From a virus, in IMG/VR virus record IMGVR_UViG_3300045971_001064, positions 11,256 to 75,255 of that record: a DNA stretch of 64,000 nt; one strand, 5' to 3'. This document shows positions 28,552 to 37,808 of the stretch, one piece after another. The notes under the pieces were generated by a model, which was not told the DNA's origin, searched no databases, and saw only the letters and a list, made by a program, of their open reading frames with translations. Position 1 is the first letter of the stretch. Every line of letters starts with the position of its first letter. A program made the translations under genes and the position numbers.

Positions 28552-28809
28552 CTAGAAGGCGATGTCGCCGGAGGTCAGGTAGCTGGTGCGGCGGCGGATG
28601 TAGGTGTCTGCGATGGTGATGTGCACCGTGCCGTCGACGAGGGTGTACTTCTCGCCCATCACGAGCATGTCGCCTGTGAGGATGGAGGTGCGGTCCTTCG
28701 GCAAGGAGCTTGCGTTGAGGAGGTTGAAGATGCGCTGGGCGGCTTCGTCTCGGCGCTCCTGACTGACGGCGGCACCGTTCCAGTTCTCCATCTTTGCGAT
28801 GTTGGGCAT
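28552..28809 (-). CDS. Hypothetical protein
   Basis: SD GAGGAGAG; extended -10 promoter at 28906-28916. Confidence 0.55.
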   Translation of the reverse strand: MPNIAKMENWNGAAVSQERRDEAAQRIFNLLNASSLPKDRTSILTGDMLVMGEKYTLVDGTVHITIADTYIRRRTSYLTSGDIAF

Positions 28810-28905
28810 GCGCTCTCCTCTGAGGTGGTGTCAGGCCCACCCTGCTACAGGGAATCGGCCGCTAAGCCATCAGGACGTTCATCCGTCGTGGAGCCTGACA
28901 CAGAG

Positions 28906-28916
28906 ACCATAGCACG
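28906..28916 (-). promoter_or_regulatory. Extended -10 promoter CGTGC-TATGGT
   Basis: Intergenic, back to back with TAATCTAG at 28945. Confidence 0.55.
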
Positions 28917-28944
28917 ACCCCTCGACGTGCGCCACTCTGGGCCG

Positions 28945-28952
28945 TAATCTAG
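28945..28952 (+). promoter_or_regulatory. Putative late promoter TAATCTAG
   Basis: Heads the 28976-35268 island. Confidence 0.65.
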
Positions 28953-28975
28953 GGAGGGTACAGGAGAACTTCCAG

Positions 28976-29293
28976 ATGCCCACGGTCACCGAGAAGCACA
29001 TCGCCAACAAGAAGCGCATCGGCACTCTCGACGGGAAGCCCGTCATCGAGTTGATGACCACGGGCGGCCTGTACATGGTGGTCATGAACAAGAATGGCAA
29101 CGTGGAGACGCTCGGCACTGGTCCTCACCGCGCTGTCGCCCGCTTCCTCGCCAAGAAGCGCGAGCCGAACCTCGTCGTCACCGAGCTTTCCAAGTCGGAC
29201 TGGCTCGACGAGGCGGCCATCATGTCGGTGGCTCCGAAGTACGAGGAGTTGGCCGAGCGCTTCAACGAGTTGGCTCGCGGCATCGTCAGGTAG
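28976..29293 (+). CDS. Hypothetical virion-associated protein
   Basis: SD AGGAG; first gene of a late island. Confidence 0.65.
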   Translation: MPTVTEKHIANKKRIGTLDGKPVIELMTTGGLYMVVMNKNGNVETLGTGPHRAVARFLAKKREPNLVVTELSKSDWLDEAAIMSVAPKYEELAERFNELARGIVR

Positions 29294-29295
29294 AG

Positions 29296-30135
29296 ATGGC
29301 GACTGGCAACAAAGCGCGCGAGGCAGGGACGACCCTGTTCACGCTCCTCCCTGAGGAGTCGACGACACTCGACGTCGTCGCGTTCGACCATCTCGTCCGC
29401 ATCCGCGGCGTGAAGTTCGTGCACCACCGCGCCATCCCGTGCCCTGTCGGCCTCACCGACGAGAACGACGTCCACCGCACCCACGCCGACCACTCGGGCT
29501 GCTCGAACGGCTTCATCTACAAGCCCATCGGCCGAGTCACGGCCGTCTTCACCTCGAACGCCACCGACCCGAAGAAGGTCAACGAGGGCATGTTCGACGG
29601 CTCGACGGTCGTCATCACGTTCCCTCGCTTCTACGACGAGCCCGCCGACAAGCGTATCATGGTCCGCCCCATCGACCGGCTGTACTTGGAGGAGGAAGAC
29701 CTCCTCGTGGCCATCTGGGACAAGACGCACCGCCGCAACGACGGCCAGCCCGACCGAGCGGAGTTCCCCATCGTGAAGGTGGAGCACCTCGTCGACGCCA
29801 ACGAGGCGTGGTGGACGCAGGGAGTGGACTTCGACGTCATCGCCGGGAACATCGTGTGGCGCGCGGGCCGAGGCCCTGCGACGGGCACGGTCTTCTCGGT
29901 CTGGTACCAGTACAGGCCCTACTGGTACATCGACCGCCTCATTCACGAGATTCGCGTCTCTCCTGTTCCCGACTACTTGGACGGCAATCTTATCGCCATG
30001 GAGCGACTCGCCTACGGCGCGATGTGCCAGCGCGAGTACGTCTACAGGAACCAGCAGAATGACGACCTCGCTCCTGACAACAGGGGTAGGAAGCAGCGCG
30101 GACCGGATAGTCCCGAACCCTCCGAGGTCTTCTAG
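29296..30135 (+). CDS. Putative neck / head-closure protein
   Basis: IPCP....C.NGFIY motif followed by a beta-barrel (RPIDRLYL, GVDFDV...I.W, FSVWY), typical of large myovirus neck proteins. Confidence 0.55.
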   Translation: MATGNKAREAGTTLFTLLPEESTTLDVVAFDHLVRIRGVKFVHHRAIPCPVGLTDENDVHRTHADHSGCSNGFIYKPIGRVTAVFTSNATDPKKVNEGMFDGSTVVITFPRFYDEPADKRIMVRPIDRLYLEEEDLLVAIWDKTHRRNDGQPDRAEFPIVKVEHLVDANEAWWTQGVDFDVIAGNIVWRAGRGPATGTVFSVWYQYRPYWYIDRLIHEIRVSPVPDYLDGNLIAMERLAYGAMCQREYVYRNQQNDDLAPDNRGRKQRGPDSPEPSEVF

Positions 30136-30711
30136 ATGAGCGCGAAGACCCATAGCGGCTCGCCGTGTAAGGTGTGCGAGATGACCGAGAGGTATGTCTC
30201 GTATCCTCACAACTGCGTCGCTTGCGCCCGTCGTCGGGCGAAGCTGCGTCTGGTAGAGCGTCGCGAACAGGTGAAGGCGACCGCTGACCGGTGGAGACTC
30301 GCTCACGTGGTGCAGATGAGGGCTTATCGCACCAAGTGGCGCCGGGCTCACCCAGCAAAGGCCCGGCAGTGCGCAGCGGCGTATCTGGAGAGCGGGCCCG
30401 AGGCGCGACTTCGGACACGCCTCCGGAAGAGGCTCTACCATGCGCTGGTGGACGGTTCCAAGGTTGGCTCCGCAGTCCGCGACCTCGGCTGCACCATCCC
30501 AGAACTTCGTCTTCATCTAGAGAAGCTCTTCCAGTCCGGCATGACATGGGAGAACTGGTCTCCGACTGGCTGGCACATCGACCACATCAAGCCGCTGGCC
30601 AACTTCGACCTGACTGACCGGCCGCAGTTCCTGAAGGCCTGCCACTACACCAACCTCCAGCCGCTATGGGCCAGCGACAATCTAGCCAAGGGCGCCAGAG
30701 AGGCAGCCTAA
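30136..30711 (+). CDS. HNH homing endonuclease
   Basis: LGCTI.EL..HLE..F..GM.WEN....WHIDHIKPL..FDL.......HY.NLQPLW..DN..KG. Confidence 0.88.
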   Translation: MSAKTHSGSPCKVCEMTERYVSYPHNCVACARRRAKLRLVERREQVKATADRWRLAHVVQMRAYRTKWRRAHPAKARQCAAAYLESGPEARLRTRLRKRLYHALVDGSKVGSAVRDLGCTIPELRLHLEKLFQSGMTWENWSPTGWHIDHIKPLANFDLTDRPQFLKACHYTNLQPLWASDNLAKGAREAA

Positions 30712-30713
30712 CT

Positions 30714-31505
30714 ATGAGCCACCTCAACTCGTTCCTCAAGGCCGTGCTCGGCGACGACGCGGCTGGTGCTCTGAAGAAGGCCGCTGACCGCTCCGACTCG
30801 CTCGCCACCGTACTCGGCGCGCGCACTGTCGTGGGCTGGGTGGGTCTTGCTTCGCGCTGGGGCTACGAGGGCGAGGTGCCCGGCCTGCCCGGCTCCTACC
30901 TGCGCTTCGCCAAGGCCGAGGGCGGGTTCGAGGGCCAGATTCGCCTCGGGAAGAACGACTACAGCTTCAAGGGCGTTGACCTGCCGCACGTTGCGGCCGG
31001 GCTGTCGGTGGCGCTGGGCGCCGACCAGACTCCGGATGTGGACCTCCGGGACGCCGAACTTGCCGCGCTCGGGCAGAACATCGACCTGCTGCTCAAGACG
31101 CAGGTCATCAAGAGCGAGGAGTCATCCTCCAGCGGGTCAGGGTCGGAGGAGTCGAGCGAGGAGCTTGAGAAGTTCGATGCTCCCGGCGCCGCGGCCACGC
31201 AGAAGGCTCCAGCCGGTCCGGTCGATGGCGGCTTCACGGCTCCCTTGGCCAAGCAGCCCGGCCGAGCCAAGAAGAAGAAGTTCGGCGCCAAGCTGACCAT
31301 GTCGCAGGCGTCCTCGAAGTGCTCGGTCTGCGATGCGCCCCAGTTCGCGGGAGACATCTTCGTTGGCTGCCACTGCCTCAAGGACCTCGCCAAGAACGCC
31401 TCGGCTACCGCTGTCGACGGCGGCTACTTCATCGAGTTCGACCCAGCCTTCTGGTCGCGCGAGGACGCCACTCTGCTGCTGGACATCGTCGGGGAGGGCG
31501 CCTAG
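30714..31505 (+). CDS. Putative head protein with K[S/A]E-type motifs
   Basis: FAKAE, VIKSEE, LEKFD, LAKQ, LAKN; CxxC..CxC near the C-terminus. Confidence 0.6.
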   Translation: MSHLNSFLKAVLGDDAAGALKKAADRSDSLATVLGARTVVGWVGLASRWGYEGEVPGLPGSYLRFAKAEGGFEGQIRLGKNDYSFKGVDLPHVAAGLSVALGADQTPDVDLRDAELAALGQNIDLLLKTQVIKSEESSSSGSGSEESSEELEKFDAPGAAATQKAPAGPVDGGFTAPLAKQPGRAKKKKFGAKLTMSQASSKCSVCDAPQFAGDIFVGCHCLKDLAKNASATAVDGGYFIEFDPAFWSREDATLLLDIVGEGA

Positions 31506-33008
31506 ATGGCTGACAAGAAGGCGACTCTGCACTGGTACGGCCACCCGGTCAAGGACGAGGCGCACGCCACGAACCTCGACCTGAAGGCCGCGACCTACCA
31601 GTTCCACCACGGCATGGACCGGCACGAGGCCGAGAACAAGGCCAAGCACGAGGACCGCGTCGAGCGGCACCAGAAGGCTGCCGCACACCACCTCGACGGC
31701 ATGAAGGCCGCGCACGCCGTGGGCAACCACGAGGACGCGCAGCAGCACCACATGATGTACACCCTGCACGCCAAGGCGCTCGGCTTCGAGACCAACGGCG
31801 CCGTGCCGCCCGAGGTGGCGAAGTGGCAGGGCTCCAAGGCAGAGAAGCACGCCTACACCTTCAAGGGCCACGGGGACGACCAGTTCCTCACCGAGCCCGT
31901 GACCATGTCGCCCGCTCCGCTCGGCAAGTCCGAGGAGAGCACGCTCGACGCGACCTGCGAGAACTGCGGCAACCAGCGCTCGCCCATCGAGGTCAAGAAC
32001 GACTACTGCTCCGGCTGCGCCAAGGAGATTGACGACGCGGCTCAGCAGGGGCAAGCCAACATGCACTGGCAGGAGAAGCCCAGCTTCGGCGGCTACGGCC
32101 ACGAGGCGAAGAGCAAGCTGGAGGGCTACCTCCGAGGCCTCGGCATCGAGGGCGCGCAGGTCGAGGACATCGAGCCCGAGACCGTCGTGCACCGCTCTCC
32201 TGAGATGCAGGACGCTGCCCAGAAGCGGGCCCACGCCAAGATGCGGGAGTTCATCGGCGGCGGCAAGTGGTGGCCGAAGCCCGAGCCCACGTCGCCCGTG
32301 GCTGCCGTCCCGTCGGCTGGCGCCCCGACTCTCTCGGCTCCCAAGTACGGCCACCTGCGCATCGTGAAGGCTGAGGCGTGGCCTCACATCCTCGCCTCGT
32401 GGCGCAACCTCGCCAAGGCCGACCCGGAGCAGGCGCAGGGCCGCGTGAAGCAGTTCGACGCGCGCCGCACGTGGCTGCGTCACCGCCACCTCCCCGAGGA
32501 GAAGGCCTTCGACTACTCGTCGTGGCTGACCCCGGGCCAGCACCAGAACGGCTACCGGATGTTCGTGCTCAGCCACGGCAACGGCAACCCGGTCCGCGTC
32601 CACATCACGCACAACAACCAGAAGGCGGCGACCGCCAGCGGGAACGTGGACCAAGGTGACTTGGAGGTCGAGAACTACTCGCTCTCGCACCCCTCCCATC
32701 ACGACCGCGGTCTGGAGGCTTCGGCCCTCAACGCGATGTTCGGACACGCGAAAAGCCATCTCGGAGCCAACTACTTGAGCCACGGTTTTTTCACCCCCGA
32801 GGCCTCTGGCTTCATCGAGGCCATGGCCAAGCCGCATGGACTGGAGTTGGGGGATGCGGAGGACATCGACGAAGGAGAGACTCCTGTCGACCAGAAGCCA
32901 GCCACTCTTGTGTCGGGTGGGGTGAAGATGTACAGTAAGGTGCGGGGGCGCCACCCTCGCTCAATGCCGCCACGTTGGTGGGCTACGGACAAGGAACTCG
33001 ACGACTAA
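31506..33008 (+). CDS. Putative head cargo protein: His-rich N-domain, zinc ribbon, GNAT-like C-domain
   Basis: LGKSEE, IVKAE and LAKAD linkers; FDYSSWL..GYRMFV module shared with the 2671-aa protein. Confidence 0.6.
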   Translation: MADKKATLHWYGHPVKDEAHATNLDLKAATYQFHHGMDRHEAENKAKHEDRVERHQKAAAHHLDGMKAAHAVGNHEDAQQHHMMYTLHAKALGFETNGAVPPEVAKWQGSKAEKHAYTFKGHGDDQFLTEPVTMSPAPLGKSEESTLDATCENCGNQRSPIEVKNDYCSGCAKEIDDAAQQGQANMHWQEKPSFGGYGHEAKSKLEGYLRGLGIEGAQVEDIEPETVVHRSPEMQDAAQKRAHAKMREFIGGGKWWPKPEPTSPVAAVPSAGAPTLSAPKYGHLRIVKAEAWPHILASWRNLAKADPEQAQGRVKQFDARRTWLRHRHLPEEKAFDYSSWLTPGQHQNGYRMFVLSHGNGNPVRVHITHNNQKAATASGNVDQGDLEVENYSLSHPSHHDRGLEASALNAMFGHAKSHLGANYLSHGFFTPEASGFIEAMAKPHGLELGDAEDIDEGETPVDQKPATLVSGGVKMYSKVRGRHPRSMPPRWWATDKELDD

Positions 33009-33009
33009 C

Positions 33010-33020
33010 CGTGCTACAAT
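33010..33020 (+). promoter_or_regulatory. Extended -10 promoter CGTGC-TACAAT
   Basis: Near-consensus, immediately upstream of the GIY-YIG ATG 33032. Confidence 0.65.
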
Positions 33021-33031
33021 ATAAGTTAACT

Positions 33032-33646
33032 ATGACCCCTCGCTTCCTTATCTATGGACTCATCGACCCGCGCTCGGGAGAGTTGCGGTACGTGGGGAAG
33101 AGTGTGACTGGGTTGGCGAGACCAAGACAGCACGTCCAGCCGGTTTTCTTGAAGCGTGAGGGCTCGACCCACAAGGCAAACTGGCTCCGTCAGCTTCTGG
33201 CTGCTGGGCTGAAGCCCGAGGTCGAGGTGTTGGAGACCCATTTCATCGCCTACTTCCGCAGCATCGGCTGTCGGCTGACGAATCTAACGGATGGCGGCGA
33301 CGGGCTGTTGGGGCGAAAGGTGTCTGCTGAGACGCGCAGACGCATCTCACTTTCCAACACCGGAAAGAAGCGTTCTGACTTGTCGCGGCAGATGATGTCA
33401 CAGAAGCGTCTCGGAGCAGCGCCCTACAACAAGGGATGCGTTATGTCGCCTGAGCAGAGAGCCAAGCTGTCGGCGACTCAAGGTGGTCGGCCGTTTGTGG
33501 ACCAGAATGGGGTGGTCTATCAGACGCAAGGCGAAGCTGTCCGCAAGCTGGGGCTGTGTCAAGGCAACGTCAGTCGAGTGCTGAACGGCAGCTACAGCGC
33601 AACCGGCGGCTTCACTTTCAAGTACGCGGAGGCCGTGTGCAGCTAA
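33032..33646 (+). CDS. GIY-YIG homing endonuclease (NUMOD3/HTH tail), probably inactivated by an in-frame deletion
   Basis: LIYGLIDPRSGELRYVGKS; lacks 12 aa that are present in the paralog at 45257. Confidence 0.85.
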   Translation: MTPRFLIYGLIDPRSGELRYVGKSVTGLARPRQHVQPVFLKREGSTHKANWLRQLLAAGLKPEVEVLETHFIAYFRSIGCRLTNLTDGGDGLLGRKVSAETRRRISLSNTGKKRSDLSRQMMSQKRLGAAPYNKGCVMSPEQRAKLSATQGGRPFVDQNGVVYQTQGEAVRKLGLCQGNVSRVLNGSYSATGGFTFKYAEAVCS

Positions 33647-35067
33647 ACTTTTCGTGGCACTTCGATGCGGACGCCGACATCGAACGCGCCTTGCTCTACG
33701 ACAAAGTGGAGGAAGCGGGCCGCATCGGCCAGAGCGTCGAGGCCGCGAACCGCGTGCTGGAGTCGTGGGTCCTGCGCTCGCACGGCCGCATCGTCTCGGA
33801 CGAGGGCACCTCGGGCGCCGCGCAGTTGGCTGCCGAGTACCTCGAAGAGCTTCCAGACATCGTGAGGCAGGTCGAGGAGGTCACCAGCGCCCGGATGTTC
33901 GTGGGCGTCGGCTCCGAGCCCAGCGAGGCTGCCATCGCTCGCAAGGTGGCCGAGAAGCGTGGCGGCTCGCCTGCCATCGTGCTCTACACCCCTGACCTGT
34001 CCTCCGAGGCCCGTGAGGACGACGAGTTCTCCGACGACGACGCTGACACGCTGGAGGTCGGCGACGGCGGCGGTGGTGGGGACGACGACACCGGTCTGGC
34101 CAAGGCCGAGGACAACCAGCAGGAGGGCGGGGAGGCCACTCAGGTCGCTCAGGGGAAGCTCTCGCCCGGTGCGGCGGCTCCGAGCCCACCCCCGAGCCCC
34201 GGCATCAGCGCAGGCTCTCCCAGCGCTCCACAGGGGCAGCCGCAGCAGGGTGGCCAGCCTCCGGGCGGCGGCCAGCCCTCCGAAGAGGACGTCATGGGCG
34301 CCGTCGGGCAGGCCTTGGAGCAGTTCAAGGCTCAGGTGCCCTTCTTCGAGCAGCAGGTGAAGCAGGCCAACCCGCAGGCCTACGCCGCGGTCATGGGGAT
34401 GGTACAGGGTCTCATCGCCCTCGCTCAGACTCTGGCTGGTGGCGATGCCGAGGGCACACCGCCTGAGGGCGCCGCTCAGGGTGGCGGGCAGCCGGTAGCC
34501 AAGTCCGAGACCAGCAAGGTCGAGGTCGACCCGCGCCGCCCGGCCTACGCGCCCGAGTTCCTCCGCAAGCTGTACGACGGGGCCGACGTGGTGAAGGGTG
34601 AGGCGTCGCCGACTGGCGCGCACTACAAGGAGTTCGTGGCTGGGTTCGAGCACGAGGCCATGGAGCACCCGCACCTGAACGCCGAGCAGGCCGCGCTCAC
34701 CGCCAAGCAGCATCTGGCCGAGGACCCCCAGTACTACTCGAAGCTCGGGTTGCTGGAGGAGTCAGGCGTCATCGGCGAGGGCTCGGAGCCGCTGGACAAG
34801 AACCTCAACCTGCCAGTCGGCTCGCGCGGTGTTGGACAGCACGCTCGCAGCATCGCGGTCGAGGAGCCCGTCACCGGCAAGAAGACGTGGCACCAGATGG
34901 CTTCAGGCCGCAAGCTGTCGGGCGATGGCCACGCCCTCTCAACGCTGGTGGGCGAGTGTCCGTCCGCTGACACACCAGAGTCCCGCGCGTCGAAGGCAGG
35001 CCTCGTGGGCACCCCAACTACCGCGCAAGAGAAGCCCCCTCAAACTGCACAACTCCCCGGGAAGTAG
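33637..35067 (+). CDS. Putative head protein with a degenerate mCpol/GGDEF-like N-domain and low-complexity linkers
   Basis: GTG start with GGAGG SD; MFVGVG.EPSEA.IA.KVAEKRGG; LAKAE, VAKSE, VVKGE, LDKN; GFEHEAMEHPH....A..HLAEDPQYYSKL. Confidence 0.65.
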   Translation: MQLNFSWHFDADADIERALLYDKVEEAGRIGQSVEAANRVLESWVLRSHGRIVSDEGTSGAAQLAAEYLEELPDIVRQVEEVTSARMFVGVGSEPSEAAIARKVAEKRGGSPAIVLYTPDLSSEAREDDEFSDDDADTLEVGDGGGGGDDDTGLAKAEDNQQEGGEATQVAQGKLSPGAAAPSPPPSPGISAGSPSAPQGQPQQGGQPPGGGQPSEEDVMGAVGQALEQFKAQVPFFEQQVKQANPQAYAAVMGMVQGLIALAQTLAGGDAEGTPPEGAAQGGGQPVAKSETSKVEVDPRRPAYAPEFLRKLYDGADVVKGEASPTGAHYKEFVAGFEHEAMEHPHLNAEQAALTAKQHLAEDPQYYSKLGLLEESGVIGEGSEPLDKNLNLPVGSRGVGQHARSIAVEEPVTGKKTWHQMASGRKLSGDGHALSTLVGECPSADTPESRASKAGLVGTPTTAQEKPPQTAQLPGK

Positions 35068-35070
35068 ACC

Positions 35071-35268
35071 ATGACCACCACGAAGAAGAACCTCATCGCC
35101 CTCTCAGCGGGCTTCGCCGTCATGGTCGGAACAGCCATCGCCGCTTACGCCATCCCCATCCCGTTCCTGCGCGACGCCATCAACGAGCACCTCTTCGCGC
35201 TCATCGTGTGGAGCGGCGTGACCCTGCTCGGCGGCAAGACCGCTCGCCTCGTCTACGGCAAGCTGTAG
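35071..35268 (+). CDS. Two-TM small membrane protein (holin-like)
   Basis: Two hydrophobic segments; similar to 39501..39713. Confidence 0.55.
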   Translation: MTTTKKNLIALSAGFAVMVGTAIAAYAIPIPFLRDAINEHLFALIVWSGVTLLGGKTARLVYGKL

Positions 35269-35387
35269 CGGCACGGGGACAGCGACCCCACATCTCCGGC
35301 AGCGCTGGTCGTAGGTCACGAACGGTTGGGCGCCGCAGTGGCCGCAGTTCGCCCAGAACTCCGAGCACGCCGTGTCGAGCGGCATCG

Positions 35388-35603
35388 TCATCCGCGACCG
35401 CCGTGCTTCAGGCCGAGCTTGTACCACGTGCAGGTCGACCAGTCCACGACGCCGTCGCACTTGAGGCAGCGGTGCTTCTCGTCGTGGCGCGTGCCCGTAG
35501 TGGAGGCCAGCACGAAGTCGTGAGGGCCGACGCAGCCCTCCAGTCGCTTCTGGTTGGCCTTCACCTCTTCCCACATCTTCAGCAACTCTTCGCGGCTCAG
35601 CAT
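35388..35603 (-). CDS. Small zinc-finger protein
   Basis: C..H ... C..C; SD GGAGG. Confidence 0.55.
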   Translation of the reverse strand: MLSREELLKMWEEVKANQKRLEGCVGPHDFVLASTTGTRHDEKHRCLKCDGVVDWSTCTWYKLGLKHGGRG

Positions 35604-35618
35604 GCTGCCTCCGTTCCT

Positions 35619-36017
35619 TTACTTGGAGTCGGTCTTGGACAAGGATGCGTTGAGAACCTTGCGCTCTGCCAGACGCTCGGCGATGGTCTTGTTGCCCTTG
35701 GCGAGCCCGCTGAGGCTGCCTGCGGGGAAGGCGCCGTCCTTGTCGGCCTCGACCTTGGTGACGCCCTTGTAGAACTTCGGGGCCCGCTTCGCCGACTCCT
35801 CCAGCGTCTCGACCTCAGGCGCGGGCGGAACGTAGACGGACTCCGGCCGCACTCGGTCCGCGTCGTACTTGATGGGCGCCCCGGTGTACTCGTCGTCGAA
35901 GCCATCAGCAGCGGCCCAGCCGTACTGGCCATCCTTGTGCTCGCCCTTGTGGCCCGTCTCCAACTCGCAGGTGAGCAGGTAGACGGGGTGGCTGAAGCGA
36001 CGGTAGCACTGGGTCAC
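35619..36017 (-). CDS. Hypothetical protein
   Basis: GTGA overlap; C.L..GH.G.H motif. Confidence 0.5.
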   Translation of the reverse strand: MTQCYRRFSHPVYLLTCELETGHKGEHKDGQYGWAAADGFDDEYTGAPIKYDADRVRPESVYVPPAPEVETLEESAKRAPKFYKGVTKVEADKDGAFPAGSLSGLAKGNKTIAERLAERKVLNASLSKTDSK

Positions 36018-37168
36018 TGAAGCTCCGTTCCGCCCTTGCGCAGCTTGTAGGCCTCGCTCACGCTCTTGAGGATGACCCGCTCCTCGGCGCTCTTGGTCTT
36101 GACCACGACGCCCTCTCGGATGTGGCTGGCGAGCGTGCTCGTGCCACTGGTCAACTCCAGCAGCTTCGCCTCGCTGAAGGGGCCGTCGTAGAGCACGGGG
36201 ACATGCTCCAGCCCGAGTGCCTCGCAGACGAGTTGCGTCCGGTGCCACGACAGCCACCGCTTGGCGTCGAGGTCGTAGATGTCGAAGACCTTGAACCATA
36301 CCTGCCCAGACTCGGCGCCGTACTTCAGGTCCTGCACAGCGCCGTACACCTCTCCGTACAGGAAGAGGCGGGCGAAGGCCTTGTTGAGCAGGTTGGCGAA
36401 GTCGTACTGGTCAGCCACCTGCCAGTAGAGGCTGCGCTTGAGCGGGCCCCGGCCCGGACGCTTGAGGACCTTGGTGCGGACCCACTCGCCGAAGCGCTCG
36501 CGGAGGAGCGGCACCCGGCTGGCCATGTCGCGCCAGAAGTGGTTGCGCGAGCCGACGTAGAGTTGCCCGTTGGCCCAGCCGAAGCGCGCGTTGGTGCCAT
36601 GGAGCTTCTCGGTGAGGACCACCTCGTCGCCGTCGGTCAGCAGGTGCCTGTTCCGCTTGTAGGGCTCGATGTCGTAGACCGGCACGCCGGGGTCCTCCTC
36701 GTGCGTGCGAAGCTGGTCGTGGAAGCACCAGTGCCAGAAGTGCCCGGCGAGCCCGCGCTTCGAGGGGATGCTCAGTCCCGGCGTCGACGTGCCCCAGTTG
36801 TCGGGGACCTTGTCCTGATGCTTGGCGATGCCGAGGTCGCCTGAGCAGTCGTGCCCCACCCCTCCATCCTTCAGGCCGTCCGAACCCAGCTTGAGGGGGC
36901 CGGTGAGAGGCAGCAGGAGCCCCTCGCTGTAGACGCCGCGCAGGCGCTTGGCCTTGATGCGGCGGTGCTCGCCGAGGAACTCGGTGCCGGGCACGGTGGG
37001 CGGGATGACGGCGTCGACGGGCACGTAGATGGCGACGTCGCCCTCGACGTAGTCGCCGGTCCGGATGACGACGGTCTCGCCCTCGACCACGGTGGTCGAC
37101 AGGGTGTCAGCGTTGGCGTGCTTCTCGACGGCGCCGATGCGAACGATGGGGCAGGTGAAGGTGCTCAT
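36014..37168 (-). CDS. RNA ligase (DRB0094/Rnl5-like)
   Basis: N-terminal OB fold HANAD.L...GD.AIY.P.D...RI....LRG.YSEGLLLP; motifs TEKLHGTN, GEVYG, FDI, VPVLY, REGVVVK, LKSVS..Y. Confidence 0.9.
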   Translation of the reverse strand: MSTFTCPIVRIGAVEKHANADTLSTTVVEGETVVIRTGDYVEGDVAIYVPVDAVIPPTVPGTEFLGEHRRIKAKRLRGVYSEGLLLPLTGPLKLGSDGLKDGGVGHDCSGDLGIAKHQDKVPDNWGTSTPGLSIPSKRGLAGHFWHWCFHDQLRTHEEDPGVPVYDIEPYKRNRHLLTDGDEVVLTEKLHGTNARFGWANGQLYVGSRNHFWRDMASRVPLLRERFGEWVRTKVLKRPGRGPLKRSLYWQVADQYDFANLLNKAFARLFLYGEVYGAVQDLKYGAESGQVWFKVFDIYDLDAKRWLSWHRTQLVCEALGLEHVPVLYDGPFSEAKLLELTSGTSTLASHIREGVVVKTKSAEERVILKSVSEAYKLRKGGTELQ

Positions 37169-37175
37169 GGCTCTC

Positions 37176-37808
37176 CTAGCGCTGGCCGTGGGTGCAGTGG
37201 CTGAGGGGGACGCGGCAGTACGAGCAGATGGGTTGCGCTGAAGCGCGCAGGTAGGGGTGGATGTGCTTGCGGCACCAGCGGCCTTCACCGCCGACTCCGC
37301 TGTACAGCCCGCGTTCTGGGCAGCCGGGCTCGGAGCAGGGGGTGTGAGCGGGGCAGTACTTGGTGTAGCCCTTGCCATCGAAGTAGCGGTAGCAGTCGGA
37401 GCAGTAGTCGTGTGGGTCGCACGTCGGCTCCGGCATCTTGACGGTGTGGTGCCCGGACACCATGGCGGGCTGCTTCTTCTTCCACTCCACGGTCGTGGGC
37501 GTCACGCCCTCGGTGGAGATGAACTCGCTGATGGCGAGGGTCATCTCGCCTCGCGCGGTGTGCAGCACCGCGTACCCCTTCGACGCTCCTCCCCAGTAAC
37601 CCCGCCCGACATCGACGCGCACCAGCACGGCGCCCTTGAGGAGGACACCGTTGAAGAAGACCTGCGAGTTCGGAAGGTCGGCGATGTTCGTCACTTCCAG
37701 CACGGCGCCCTTGTTGAAGTCGAGCACGGGCACGTGAGCTTCCTCGCGCACCTCCTCTTGGACGGTGACGGGCTTGGTGGTGATGCGCTCGAAGTGGGTG
37801 GTCTTCAT
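37176..37808 (-). CDS. Hypothetical protein with a Cys-rich C-terminus
   Basis: Multiple CxxC / CxxH pairs. Confidence 0.55.
   Translation of the reverse strand: MKTTHFERITTKPVTVQEEVREEAHVPVLDFNKGAVLEVTNIADLPNSQVFFNGVLLKGAVLVRVDVGRGYWGGASKGYAVLHTARGEMTLAISEFISTEGVTPTTVEWKKKQPAMVSGHHTVKMPEPTCDPHDYCSDCYRYFDGKGYTKYCPAHTPCSEPGCPERGLYSGVGGEGRWCRKHIHPYLRASAQPICSYCRVPLSHCTHGQR

Noticed and set aside
35104-35391. - strand ORF MTMPLDTAC... with Cys pairs
   Set aside because: Its 3' half overlaps the + strand membrane gene 35071..35268 in antisense. It may be real, but the support is insufficient.
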